Shown: positions 9,505-18,958 of the stretch, piece by piece | Layout: the number at the start of each line of letters is the position of its first letter | Position numbering within the stretch: position 1 is the stretch's first letter | Assembly (NCBI GenBank): GCA_048939265.1 | Contig: JBHLPQ010000002.1 | Span: 1-60,641 of the forward strand | Origin: Promethearchaeota archaeon | Lineage (GTDB): Archaea > Asgardarchaeota > Heimdallarchaeia > Hodarchaeales > Hodarchaeaceae | Direction of reading: 5' to 3' | DNA: 60,641 nucleotides | Program-made: the position numbers and the translations under genes | The notes under the pieces: model-generated | What the model was told of the DNA's origin: nothing | Databases searched by the model: none | Seen by the model: the letters and a program-made list of their open reading frames with translations, nothing else

Positions 9505-10110
9505 TTATTCCCTAAATCTTTTTCCAACATCAAAGGCTTTAGCAATGGGCTTTCCTAGAATCCAATAGTACCTGTCTGATGCGATATAGATAGGGTTAGC
9601 TTTCTTGATATCTGCTTCACATTGGTTAGTATTGTTGTCAGTTAGATACTGTTCTTCAATGTATGCCTCAACTACCTCAGCAAAAAAGATATCCCCATCA
9701 GGAGAGAAATCGGAAATATATCTGATAACTTTGCATTCAAAGTTTATGGGACACTCTAAAATCATAGGTACAGATCCCAAAACTCCGTAAAAAGACCGGA
9801 AAACAGTTGATTTGTCTACTTGATGTCCAGATACAATACCACAATAATCAGTTGCTTGTACTAAATCCGCTGAAGGAATATTTACACTAAAAGAATTATT
9901 TTCTTTGATACCTTGAGTAGTATAGTGGTCTCTTGCAGTAGAAATATAAATAGTGAAGGGGGAAGAGATCCGTATTACTCCGAAGTTCCCAACAACATTG
10001 TAAGTAGGTCGATTGTTGACATTTGCACCGATTAAAACAACCGGATTTCCACACAATATCGCCTTAGATCCACATTTAACTTTTCCACTTCTTTTATCGA
10101 TAATTCTCAC
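9505..10110 (-). CDS. Flavin reductase-like (FMN-binding split-barrel) protein
   Basis: 201 aa; NPVVLIGANVNNRPTYNVVGNFG ... FSVNIPS matches the typical flavin-reductase-domain pattern. Confidence 0.65.
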   Translation of the reverse strand: MRIIDKRSGKVKCGSKAILCGNPVVLIGANVNNRPTYNVVGNFGVIRISSPFTIYISTARDHYTTQGIKENNSFSVNIPSADLVQATDYCGIVSGHQVDKSTVFRSFYGVLGSVPMILECPINFECKVIRYISDFSPDGDIFFAEVVEAYIEEQYLTDNNTNQCEADIKKANPIYIASDRYYWILGKPIAKAFDVGKRFRE

Positions 10111-10302
10111 AAAATAACCTCCAGATGAGAAATCATATCAGTTCCCACATGTTTTCTTTAAGATTCTGACTCATCAATTCCAAGCTATTTTCCTAAAATT
10201 AATGAATTGCGAGTATAAAAGGAGGAGACAGGCATTAAAGGTGAGATGAAGAGAAGAAGTAAGGGATGAAATCCGATATTTTCCGTCATTAAAATCGAAA
10301 CC

Positions 10303-10413
10303 ATGGAAGAAGAACGACTAATATATTCCATCCTCACTTCTGAGACACCTAAACGCGTGAAAGAGAAGATTCTCCAGGCCATAGAATCCTTTGAAGAACA
10401 ACGACCGATTTAA
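10303..10413 (+). CDS. Conserved 36-aa micro-protein, copy 2 (MEEERLIYSILTSETPKRVKEKILQAIESFEEQRPI)
   Basis: Hand-translated paralog of 5090-5200; ends 60 nt upstream of ORF 10474-13140. Confidence 0.6.
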   Translation: MEEERLIYSILTSETPKRVKEKILQAIESFEEQRPI

Positions 10414-10473
10414 AGATAGTAATATTTTGAATATAAATAAGGAGGAGGGAATCTATAGCAAAAGGTCTCATTA

Positions 10474-13140
10474 ATGTATAGGCATTGGCTTAGACACACT
10501 CCACAAGAGGGTTCCCAGAAACGGATGAAAATCGGGTCAAAAGTGCTAGAGGATGACTCCACATTCTTCATCATGCAAACCCTTGACAATGATACGATGG
10601 ACATCCCGTGGGCCCCACTAGCGGAACTAAACTCATTCTTAGCTGTCCAACCACGGAAAGACTTCAGCAACGCGGCAAAAATCCTAGCGTTAGTTAATAA
10701 TGAAGAGGGAGTAAATGTGATTCGGGAACCCTTTACTGTACGTAAGGTTAAATCCCAAAAAAGTGACGATGATAAATCCGACACAGCTTTACTCCTCTTG
10801 GTTCATATTTCGTATAGGTTTTATATTAAATCAGAACATATTTTACCAGAAATCTTACGGGAAGCACGGAAAAAGTTTAACCAAAGACGGTCCACCACAC
10901 ACACCATGCTACAAGGGGGAGGGATGAAGGTAACATTAATAACAGGGAAGAGGATAGAACAGGTGTACTGGCAGAGGGAACGCCCATCAGAGGGGATTTC
11001 GGTTTTCAAAGGGCGAAAGGGTTTTCATTCTGATCTAGTTGATCATTTCCTCCAGCTGGATCGCGTACCCTCCCGGAATATTCATGAATACGCTACCCCA
11101 GATCTACAGATAAGCCACAGGCTCGGAGTGCAGTTAAGAAACCCCGCACAGTCTGTTGGATTCCCCACATTAACTACAGGGACAGTCTTAATTTGTGGGT
11201 CAGACAAGAAGGAGGTGACAACACTCATCCAACAACTAGTTCATTCAATTAGTACCACCCAGAACTGCAAGCAGATCTTCGTTATAGACACTCAGAATGA
11301 GCTGAATGGACTCATTCGCTTATTACAAACTCATCCTAAAGGGTTCCCCTCGCAAGTGTTCCAGTTAGGTACCAATATTCACTTGAACCTATGTGATGTG
11401 ATCGTTCCGTCCTTACCTAGCGGAGAAAAACAAGAAGCTAGAGCCCAAGCAGCATGGAAATCACACTTAATCTGCCAACTCCTACTAAACTCACTGCATA
11501 CTTCAGAATACTTGACCGCACGCTATGCGGTGCCATTAGAATCCCAAGTCAGACAAACAGCGGAAAAAAACAATCAATTCACACTCCAGGATGTTAGTCT
11601 TCGGTTTGGAGGAATGTCTGAAAGTCACATTGGAGAGAGTACGGAAGGATCAAATATGATGTATGCAGACATGATGGCTATAGAGGCCATTATAGGAATT
11701 CTGGAACAATTCCGATCGTTTCCAGAGGTAAACTATTCCTCGTTTACTGGACACTACAGTAATACCATGGTGCGAGAAGGAACCATTACCTTTTTTCAGT
11801 TTGGAGCTCAGGCACCACTGATTCGAAAAGCCACAGTTGGGTTCCTCCTCCATTTCCTCTCACAGACCATGAAAAAAGGGTGTGTGGTTCTGACGCATGC
11901 AGCGAAGTATCTTCCTACACAGGTAGGTTATAAGCGTGAACGGAAGATAGGGGGTTCGAGTATCATGAATACTATAGACACGATCACCAAGTATAATCTC
12001 CTAATCTTAGGAAGCCAACAATTACAGGAAATGGCCGAAGGTATGGATTTTTTTGACGAAATCAAAAACATAGCATATTTAAAAATGGCGAATGACCAAG
12101 ATCGGAAACTTGTGGTGACACGGCACGAATTGGAACTAAATAAACCCAGACGCCGAAACAATTACCAACCATACCAATCACTAGGTATAGCTGAAGGAGA
12201 AGGGCTCCTATTTCGAGAGGATGCCCCACAAAATGTTGGATTCCACTTTAAACTGGATCAGGGCATACCAATTGATTATGCGCCTATCCAAGTAACAGAG
12301 GCTAAACAACGAGGATCAGAAACCCTCGGGTTAACCCCGAGAAAATATGATTTGCTAATGAAACTACTGAAAGTCCTGGTCACACAAGCATGTCGGGCGG
12401 ATGAAGCCACAGCTCTTATCGAAACCACAAAACAGGGAGAGCTGATATTGGATCATCTCAAGTCATTAGACTTATTTCAAACTCAGATAGATGGTGGGGT
12501 CACATACTGGGTGATAACAAATAAAGGACGTGAATTCTACAAGAAACAACATGATTTTGTGAACCAACTACCCCCACCATTGATGGCGGACGAAATTGGA
12601 CAAATTCCATACGAACTAAATCAATTAGAGTCGTTTTACGACATCTCCTCCTCGAAACAAGATCGGCTAGAGACCAATAAGGCAGTCAAAAAACTAGTAG
12701 GGCGGCTTCTGAACTACACCCGACACTTACGAGCAACTTCAATCCCCTGGATACGGATCGCTGAATACCACGACCTAGTGGTGATTGAGGGAGTAGAGTG
12801 GCAAGACTTTCGTAATTTGTTTTACCTGGCCCACGTACTGGTTAATAACCTCTTGTTGGAAATATCTCAACTACAGAAACGACGCTCAAATACAAAAACC
12901 CAGGAACAGCTCCAGATGGCTAATGTTCAAACCTTCTCCCAAGAGCACAACCTGGACGATTTTCTTCCTCCTGATGACTATTCTCGGTTACAACAGCTTT
13001 CAAAAGAACTCGGATTAGATACTTACCCCCAAACGGGGATTCTCGATTTGTATTTTATCCTCAACAAGAAAGGGCGCTCCTTATCCGAAGAGCTCGAGAG
13101 ACAAAAAAGGGAAAACGACACAGAAAATGCATTATCCTAA
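10474..13140 (+). CDS. Degenerate HerA/FtsK-like ATPase paralog (Walker A and B lost) with C-terminal wHTH-like region
   Basis: 888 aa, collinear with ORF 2039-4183 around the P-loop. GTVLICGSDKKEVTT replaces FGMTGEGKSRF, QIFVIDTQNEL matches KFLIFDPKGEY, and CVVLTHAAKYL replaces IIVLDEIQKL. Later LTPRKYDLLMKLL...YWVITNKGREFY looks like a winged HTH. Visibly more GC-rich than its neighbours. Confidence 0.6.
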   Translation: MYRHWLRHTPQEGSQKRMKIGSKVLEDDSTFFIMQTLDNDTMDIPWAPLAELNSFLAVQPRKDFSNAAKILALVNNEEGVNVIREPFTVRKVKSQKSDDDKSDTALLLLVHISYRFYIKSEHILPEILREARKKFNQRRSTTHTMLQGGGMKVTLITGKRIEQVYWQRERPSEGISVFKGRKGFHSDLVDHFLQLDRVPSRNIHEYATPDLQISHRLGVQLRNPAQSVGFPTLTTGTVLICGSDKKEVTTLIQQLVHSISTTQNCKQIFVIDTQNELNGLIRLLQTHPKGFPSQVFQLGTNIHLNLCDVIVPSLPSGEKQEARAQAAWKSHLICQLLLNSLHTSEYLTARYAVPLESQVRQTAEKNNQFTLQDVSLRFGGMSESHIGESTEGSNMMYADMMAIEAIIGILEQFRSFPEVNYSSFTGHYSNTMVREGTITFFQFGAQAPLIRKATVGFLLHFLSQTMKKGCVVLTHAAKYLPTQVGYKRERKIGGSSIMNTIDTITKYNLLILGSQQLQEMAEGMDFFDEIKNIAYLKMANDQDRKLVVTRHELELNKPRRRNNYQPYQSLGIAEGEGLLFREDAPQNVGFHFKLDQGIPIDYAPIQVTEAKQRGSETLGLTPRKYDLLMKLLKVLVTQACRADEATALIETTKQGELILDHLKSLDLFQTQIDGGVTYWVITNKGREFYKKQHDFVNQLPPPLMADEIGQIPYELNQLESFYDISSSKQDRLETNKAVKKLVGRLLNYTRHLRATSIPWIRIAEYHDLVVIEGVEWQDFRNLFYLAHVLVNNLLLEISQLQKRRSNTKTQEQLQMANVQTFSQEHNLDDFLPPDDYSRLQQLSKELGLDTYPQTGILDLYFILNKKGRSLSEELERQKRENDTENALS

Positions 13141-13264
13141 TTACAATTTCTAAAATAATTACTCAAGGTACAAGCCAAAAAGCGAAAGGGGAAGAAACTG
13201 TAGTCTTAAAAATACTATGGGTGATTAATGAGAGACTCTACTTAATGTGGATCGCTAGGAGCCA

Positions 13265-14572
13265 CTACTTGGGAATTTGTTGGAGCATTTTTTGCGCATC
13301 TTGAAGATAAGCCAAAACATCCAACATCTGAGCTTGTTCATATGCCTGGGGAGAGGCCTTGTATAAGCGCTTAAGGGTATTCATTTGATCTTGAAGTTGC
13401 TCGAGTGCTGTTTGGGCTTTATTCACCAAGAAAGACATCCCACGTTGCTCCGCTTCTTTCTTAGTTGATAAGAAATATTCGCTGGCTCCCTCTAAATCAA
13501 ATTCCGCCCGCTTTAATAACCCTTGTAAAAAAAGAAGTTCAATATAAGCCCAAAACCAAGATTTTTTGAGGTTGAGGTCGGTTAATTCAGTCAAGGCTGT
13601 CTTGATCGCCGATTTATGTTTCTCTTGCTTATTAAGTAACCAGAGTTGGAGATGAACCTGAATCAATAAAAGGTTCACGTCCGTCAGTCTGAAAATTGGA
13701 TAATCCAAAGACATCTGGGTGAGGAGGGATTTAGCGGTTGATGTGTATTCCAAAGCAGAAGAAAGCTCATATTGGTGCAATTTCAGCTGACCCATCAGAA
13801 TTTGAAAGAACAAAAAGACTTCATTCGCTTCGGAGGATTCAAGTGTCGGTTTCACAAGATTAAGGAGTGAAGCAGCGTCATCAATGGCGTCAAATTCTAA
13901 ATGAAGCCTAGCAAGAGACAGACGATTAGCTGTTAAAACTAGCTCCTGGTTGGATTGCGCGATCTGGGCAATATTTTGCTCAAGTATTTTCTTGGCAGAA
14001 AGATAGTCCCCACGAGAACGATAAACCGCAGCTAAGTTGTTTCGGACAAATACAATATTTTGTTCATCACCAAGTTCCTTATAGATAGCGATACTGCGCT
14101 GGTAATGGGTTTCAGCAGCGGAATATCCTCCAAGACGCCAATAAGTTACTCCAAGATTGAGTAAAATACCAGCGGATGTCTCAAGATCTTTAAGCTGCTC
14201 CGATAAAACTAAAGCCCGATGAAAACAGCCTTTAGCCAGGATATTTCTCCCATCCTTTGCATAGACATCCCCAAGGTCTAGTAAAGCATTCATTTGATCT
14301 TTTTGAGTCCCCCCTTTTTCCCAGAGAGTAAGGGCACGATTTAAAAAGTGCTCAGCCGTAGAATAATCCTGTTTTTTCAAGGAAATTAATCCTAAGTTAT
14401 GAAGAGTATCTCCCTGACCGAAGAGGTTCGTAGGATCTTGATTGGCTAGCTGTAAAGCTTCTTGAGCAAGATTCTCTGCCTTTTCAAGCTGGCCATTTCT
14501 CCATAGAGTCTCAGACTGTTCAATGAGTTGTCTGATACGAGTGTTTAATTGATTTGGGTTACGAGTTTCCAT
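13265..14572 (-). CDS. Tetratricopeptide-repeat (TPR) protein
   Basis: 435 aa with many 34-aa A/Y/L-patterned repeats (e.g. LHNLGLISLKKQDYSTAEHFLNRAL). Confidence 0.85.
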   Translation of the reverse strand: METRNPNQLNTRIRQLIEQSETLWRNGQLEKAENLAQEALQLANQDPTNLFGQGDTLHNLGLISLKKQDYSTAEHFLNRALTLWEKGGTQKDQMNALLDLGDVYAKDGRNILAKGCFHRALVLSEQLKDLETSAGILLNLGVTYWRLGGYSAAETHYQRSIAIYKELGDEQNIVFVRNNLAAVYRSRGDYLSAKKILEQNIAQIAQSNQELVLTANRLSLARLHLEFDAIDDAASLLNLVKPTLESSEANEVFLFFQILMGQLKLHQYELSSALEYTSTAKSLLTQMSLDYPIFRLTDVNLLLIQVHLQLWLLNKQEKHKSAIKTALTELTDLNLKKSWFWAYIELLFLQGLLKRAEFDLEGASEYFLSTKKEAEQRGMSFLVNKAQTALEQLQDQMNTLKRLYKASPQAYEQAQMLDVLAYLQDAQKMLQQIPK

Positions 14573-14839
14573 ACTGATCGCGATTCGGTGTAATTTGAGA
14601 GATCATATAATCATGGCTAGATATTTTTAAAAAGAATAACACTCTCATAGGTAGAGGAGGAGGAGAAAAATTGAATAGAAAAACCAGACTATTCATTCTT
14701 TGTCTCTCAACTTTGTTACTAATATCAATTGAAAACTCCTCTGCACGAAGAAATGAGTAAGAGTTAGAGTGGGACGTATTTGTAGGGATTCACCTGTACA
14801 AAATAAATAGCAGCTGTTAACCCAGATTAAACCACGAAT

Positions 14840-15139
14840 CTAAGTCCAGACGTAATGGTTACCATCGTCTCCCTTTTTGAAAGTATAAATCAAGCCAATA
14901 CCGCAACCAAGCATAATGAGAAGACCAAATATCCAATGATGGAAATCAGCAATATGAAATTGACTCAAATCGGGAAGAATCCGTTCGGGGAATCCTATCG
15001 CATCTAAAAAGGGAGTAAGGCCGTCCAAAAACGGAATAATGCGGATCTCATCGATAAACAGAATAAACCCAACGAGAAACCCTAGACCAAATAATCCATA
15101 CAAGATAAATTTTTTCCTACCCATGTTCTCAAACTCCAT
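14840..15139 (-). CDS. Small membrane protein
   Basis: 99 aa with two hydrophobic helices. Confidence 0.55.
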   Translation of the reverse strand: MEFENMGRKKFILYGLFGLGFLVGFILFIDEIRIIPFLDGLTPFLDAIGFPERILPDLSQFHIADFHHWIFGLLIMLGCGIGLIYTFKKGDDGNHYVWT

Positions 15140-15193
15140 TGTTTATCCTGAGTCAAGAATTTAAAAACCCACTGCTTAGGGATTTACTTCCTG

Positions 15194-15276
15194 CATCGTG
15201 AAAACATACTTGACAGAGAGGGGCTGCTATCTACCTAAAGATTTCGGGACAAATCTCAATTTCCAAATTATTAGGG
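15194..15276 (+). repeat. R element, degenerate copy
   Basis: CATCGTG..ACATACTTGA..CTACCTAAAGATTTCGGGACAAATCTCAATTTCCAAATTATTAGGG retains the inner hairpin AGATTT/AAATCT. It abuts the stop of ORF 15286-16578. Confidence 0.5.
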
Positions 15277-15285
15277 TAAAATTTT

Positions 15286-16578
15286 TCAGTTTGGAATTGG
15301 TGAAACATCACCAATGGAAGGTTCTGTCATATGTTGTTCAAGTTCAGGGAGTGTTGTCATGAACCATGAATAAGCTATTGCTATAAATCCTAACACAACA
15401 CAGCTAAAGAAGATTAAACGAATATCAAGAAATTCAGCAATAATACCAGAGAGAAGGGAAGAAACTGGAATCGTGAACCAAATTATAGTTCTTCTAACAG
15501 CAGTAAATTGACCTAATTTTTCAGGAGGGATTATCGAATGATAGAGAGTGAGAATCGTTGTGTTCAGGATAACAAGAGTTAAGCCAACAAGAGAAAAGCC
15601 AATACCTATAATGTAAAAATACTCAGAATTGGGAGGGATAATTGTTATAATCAACATTCCGATAAATATTCCGACAAAAGCTAAAATGGTGCCAAATATC
15701 TTCCTCCTGAAACCCTTCCAGACCATCATAAGGACAGATCCAGAAATATATCCTATTTGGAGAAGAACCATCATGAAAGCTATCTCATCTTTGCCTTTAG
15801 CATGCGTTTGAATGATAAACATAGGAAGAAGGACAAATAAGGGGTTGAAGAAGAAGTTCAACACAGAAAACAGGAGAACTAAGGGTAAAAGACCAGATTT
15901 GTTCAAAATAAACGAAATGCCTGCGGAAAATTCGGCTTTATAGGAGATTTTTTCCTTTTGTTCTGTTTTTTCCTTCTTGGGTGAGGGAATTTCAATGAAT
16001 AAGACTGGGAGTATTGCTAAGATAAAGGTGAGGGGATCGAGTAATAGAATTAACCGTATTTCCCAATAATTTAACAGAAAAACAGCTACTACTGGCCCGA
16101 TGACTCCACTAACCCCATCGGAAAACTGTCTGAAGCCATTGATCCGACTTAATTTACCTTTGGGCACCATTAAAGGGACGATGGCTTCTGTTGCTGGCAT
16201 GTGAAAGGCCTGTAAAACAGCCCGAGCGGCAAGAATGAGTAAAATATGGACAATTGTAACCAGTTCAGTCCAAAATAAATACACAAGAAGTAAAGTGACA
16301 AGGGCTTGAAGAGAGTCTACTATGATTATGATAGCCTTGCGATTGTAGCGATCTACAAGGACGCCGGTGAAGAGAGTAGCAACGACCATAGGTGCAAAGC
16401 CGACGAATGAAGCCAATCCAAGATAAAAGGTACTTTGATACTCGAGAGTAATCCAAAGAATGAGAACAAACTGGACGATTATTGAACCTAGCTGAGATTG
16501 CACCTGCCCAATCAAGAAGAGCAAATAACTCTTAACGTGATTCATCTCGTGAGTATTCTGGAAACTGATCCGAGACAC
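15286..16578 (-). CDS. MFS transporter
   Basis: 430 aa, ~12 TM helices; MFS motif A-like GVLVDRYNRKAIII. Confidence 0.85.
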   Translation of the reverse strand: MSRISFQNTHEMNHVKSYLLFLIGQVQSQLGSIIVQFVLILWITLEYQSTFYLGLASFVGFAPMVVATLFTGVLVDRYNRKAIIIIVDSLQALVTLLLVYLFWTELVTIVHILLILAARAVLQAFHMPATEAIVPLMVPKGKLSRINGFRQFSDGVSGVIGPVVAVFLLNYWEIRLILLLDPLTFILAILPVLFIEIPSPKKEKTEQKEKISYKAEFSAGISFILNKSGLLPLVLLFSVLNFFFNPLFVLLPMFIIQTHAKGKDEIAFMMVLLQIGYISGSVLMMVWKGFRRKIFGTILAFVGIFIGMLIITIIPPNSEYFYIIGIGFSLVGLTLVILNTTILTLYHSIIPPEKLGQFTAVRRTIIWFTIPVSSLLSGIIAEFLDIRLIFFSCVVLGFIAIAYSWFMTTLPELEQHMTEPSIGDVSPIPN

Positions 16579-16750
16579 AACCCTTTAGGACGATCAGAGA
16601 GGAGAGTTTATTGAAATTTAAGAAAGGTTATGATTTGGGCAATCTTTTTAGCTTGTGTATTTTAGGATTATTTCTCTATACATATACGCAATGGAAATTG
16701 TTCTTAGAAACACGGGAGGTCATAGAATTAGAAAGAATTCCAGAAGAATT

Positions 16751-16836
16751 AAATGAAGTTACAGAACTTTAACCAGCTGATGAAAGGATTTTGGGGAAAA
16801 TCTGATAGAAATGAGCCCGAGTGCGATTAGTGGGAG
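16751..16836 (+). repeat. R element copy
   Basis: AAATGAAGTTACAGAACTTTAACCAGCTGATGAAAGGATTTTGGGGAAAATCTGA...GAGTGCGATTAGTGGGAG. Confidence 0.75.
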
Positions 16837-16967
16837 AGACATTCTGCTTGACAATTCTTAGCTCTTCTCTTCATTATGACACATGCTGCGTATTCCTGAA
16901 ATATACCACGTCAAGAAAATTTCCAGAACAGTCTCATCAAAGATTGAAAAATCCCCTAGCTTTCCTC

Positions 16968-18434
16968 TTATTTCTTTTGTGTCTTTCTTTTGATGACACT
17001 AAGACATAGTAACATTAGGAATATCGGAACTAGGAACCAAGAGGTACTAGCTGGAGGGAGGGGTGCTGCGATATCGGGGCTATCGGGGTTAACTTTGGAG
17101 GCAAGAGGTGAGGAATCAGTATTTTCAGCAAGACCAGCAATTGCATAGGGTTTAGTTATATCAGTCCAGTCATACCAATAGTTAGATACAAAAGAATTGT
17201 TCGTACCATCATCTTTGGCGTGGCTCCACTCATTAGCAATGAAATCATTCCATTGGAAGGTGTTACCACGGCAATCAGAATCAATTGCTACTCCACGAAG
17301 ATTGAAATAAATCGAATTATTCCGAAAAAGATTATCATCGGCCCATTCCAGGAAAATACCATGGGTATTATTGTGAATTTGGTTATGTTCAATAATGCAT
17401 TCAGCGGCCTTTTCATCTACCGTTAACTCCCATCTATATCCTAGATTAAAGCCAAATTCATTATCATACAAAATATTGGATGAAACCGTGTTATTGGTTC
17501 CTTTCAGACCTATGGCAATATTATTCTGAGAAAAAATGTTTCTAGTAAGAAGGTTGTGTGAGAAAAATCTCCCCTCAATCCGAAATCCAGTTCCAAGGCT
17601 CTGAATAATATTCTCGGAAATAGTATTATATTCCGAGGTAGCCCAAAACCAGAACCCCGCACCATTCGTGTCAACGGTATCAACAATGGTATTATTGTCA
17701 ATGGTATTCCAAGAGGATAAGTAGATGGTGAGACCTGTATACCAATTATTATTAATAATATTATTGCGAATAAGATGAGATTGTGATTGGTCTAGATAAA
17801 TCCCAGATAAATAGATGTGGGGTTCATAGATACTATGCGCAGAAACCCCTGATTTTCCATTATTTGAAAGCGTATTTCCTGTTATTTCAATAGATTCTGA
17901 GAGTAATGAATATACCCCAGTAGCTTCACACTTAGTTATTATGTTGTCTGAAACTGAGGAGTTCGTCACGTTTTTCAAACGAACACCCATCCAAGTTTGT
18001 TGGATGGTATTATTCCTTATGCAAGCGTTTGTGACATTAACTAGAGAGATTCCATCGTAAAGCGAAGATAAGCCATTTAATGTTGATTCAGTTATTTTGA
18101 AATGGACATTGGTGTTCCTTATCTCTATTAAATTCACTGTATTGCTCGTAATTTCATATCCCCTGATGACATAAGGGGATGGGGCTGAACCATCTCCAGA
18201 CCACCCTTCATTCAGAGCAGTAATAGTGAAATTTTGATTGCCGTCAATGAAGATAGGATCATTAGAAGATGTCATATGGTTATCTGAAAGCTTTTGAGTG
18301 GCTACATGGCAAGAGAAAGGATTTATTGTAAGGTGTGATACATTAGTTGCTGTACTAGGAGAAGAAAAAAGAATAAGACAGACAAATACTGTTCCAAAGA
18401 GAAAGAAATAATTAGAATTCCTTTTCATATGCAA
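16968..18434 (-). CDS. Secreted/anchored right-handed beta-helix (PbH1/NosD-like) protein
   Basis: 488 aa; N-terminal signal/anchor; tandem N.I..N-type beta-helix repeats; YWYDWT motif shared with the 28507 and 53922 proteins; C-terminal TM plus KRKTQKK tail. Confidence 0.8.
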   Translation of the reverse strand: MHMKRNSNYFFLFGTVFVCLILFSSPSTATNVSHLTINPFSCHVATQKLSDNHMTSSNDPIFIDGNQNFTITALNEGWSGDGSAPSPYVIRGYEITSNTVNLIEIRNTNVHFKITESTLNGLSSLYDGISLVNVTNACIRNNTIQQTWMGVRLKNVTNSSVSDNIITKCEATGVYSLLSESIEITGNTLSNNGKSGVSAHSIYEPHIYLSGIYLDQSQSHLIRNNIINNNWYTGLTIYLSSWNTIDNNTIVDTVDTNGAGFWFWATSEYNTISENIIQSLGTGFRIEGRFFSHNLLTRNIFSQNNIAIGLKGTNNTVSSNILYDNEFGFNLGYRWELTVDEKAAECIIEHNQIHNNTHGIFLEWADDNLFRNNSIYFNLRGVAIDSDCRGNTFQWNDFIANEWSHAKDDGTNNSFVSNYWYDWTDITKPYAIAGLAENTDSSPLASKVNPDSPDIAAPLPPASTSWFLVPIFLMLLCLSVIKRKTQKK

Positions 18435-18530
18435 TCACTTCAAAAAGTTTGATTTCTATCCAAGTTTACTCTTAAAAAAATTGTATATACTATAAATTTA
18501 TAATCTTTTTGTATATAGTATGAAAAAGTT

Positions 18531-18914
18531 TTGAACACCTCTCTAAAGAAAAGAAAAAAACCCCTTTTACTACCAAAATTGCTTAGATCTTGTCAAGAAG
18601 TGGAATTTTTGCCTGAGGAAGACCAACATAAGGTGGAAAAAACTACATTCGAAATTTATAAAGTTCTAAAAGATGAGAGCAGACTGGCGATATTTCTCTA
18701 TTTGATGACAAACCAGAAATTGACGTTGAAGCAATTAAGTGAGGCACTAGACAAGGGGAAAACTACAATACATCATCATATCCGAAGACTAGAAGGCGCA
18801 GGGATAGTGATATGGGAAGAAAAGAAGGAGGATAAAAAAAAGCTGAAGACACGGTATTACTCCTTAAATTTCAATCTCTTGAAAGAAGTCTTTGGACAGG
18901 AAACAAAAAGATAA
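18531..18914 (+). CDS. ArsR/SmtB-family HTH regulator
   Basis: 127 aa; ESRLAIFLYLMTNQKLTLKQLSEALDKGKTTIHHHIRRLEGAGIV. Confidence 0.8.
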   Translation: MNTSLKKRKKPLLLPKLLRSCQEVEFLPEEDQHKVEKTTFEIYKVLKDESRLAIFLYLMTNQKLTLKQLSEALDKGKTTIHHHIRRLEGAGIVIWEEKKEDKKKLKTRYYSLNFNLLKEVFGQETKR

Positions 18915-18958
18915 TATTTCTTTGAGCAGTAGATGTCCTATTAGATTCGGAGATAACC

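Noticed and set aside
10410-10784. Antisense or overlapping ORFs in the track. Examples are 10410-10784, 33259-33675, 34133-34444, 34426-34740, 36415-36897 and 48959-49222, plus many 60-80-aa ORFs inside larger genes.
   Set aside because: Each lies inside or opposite a longer ORF that has homology or motif support. They have no motifs of their own and show low-complexity composition typical of shadow ORFs.
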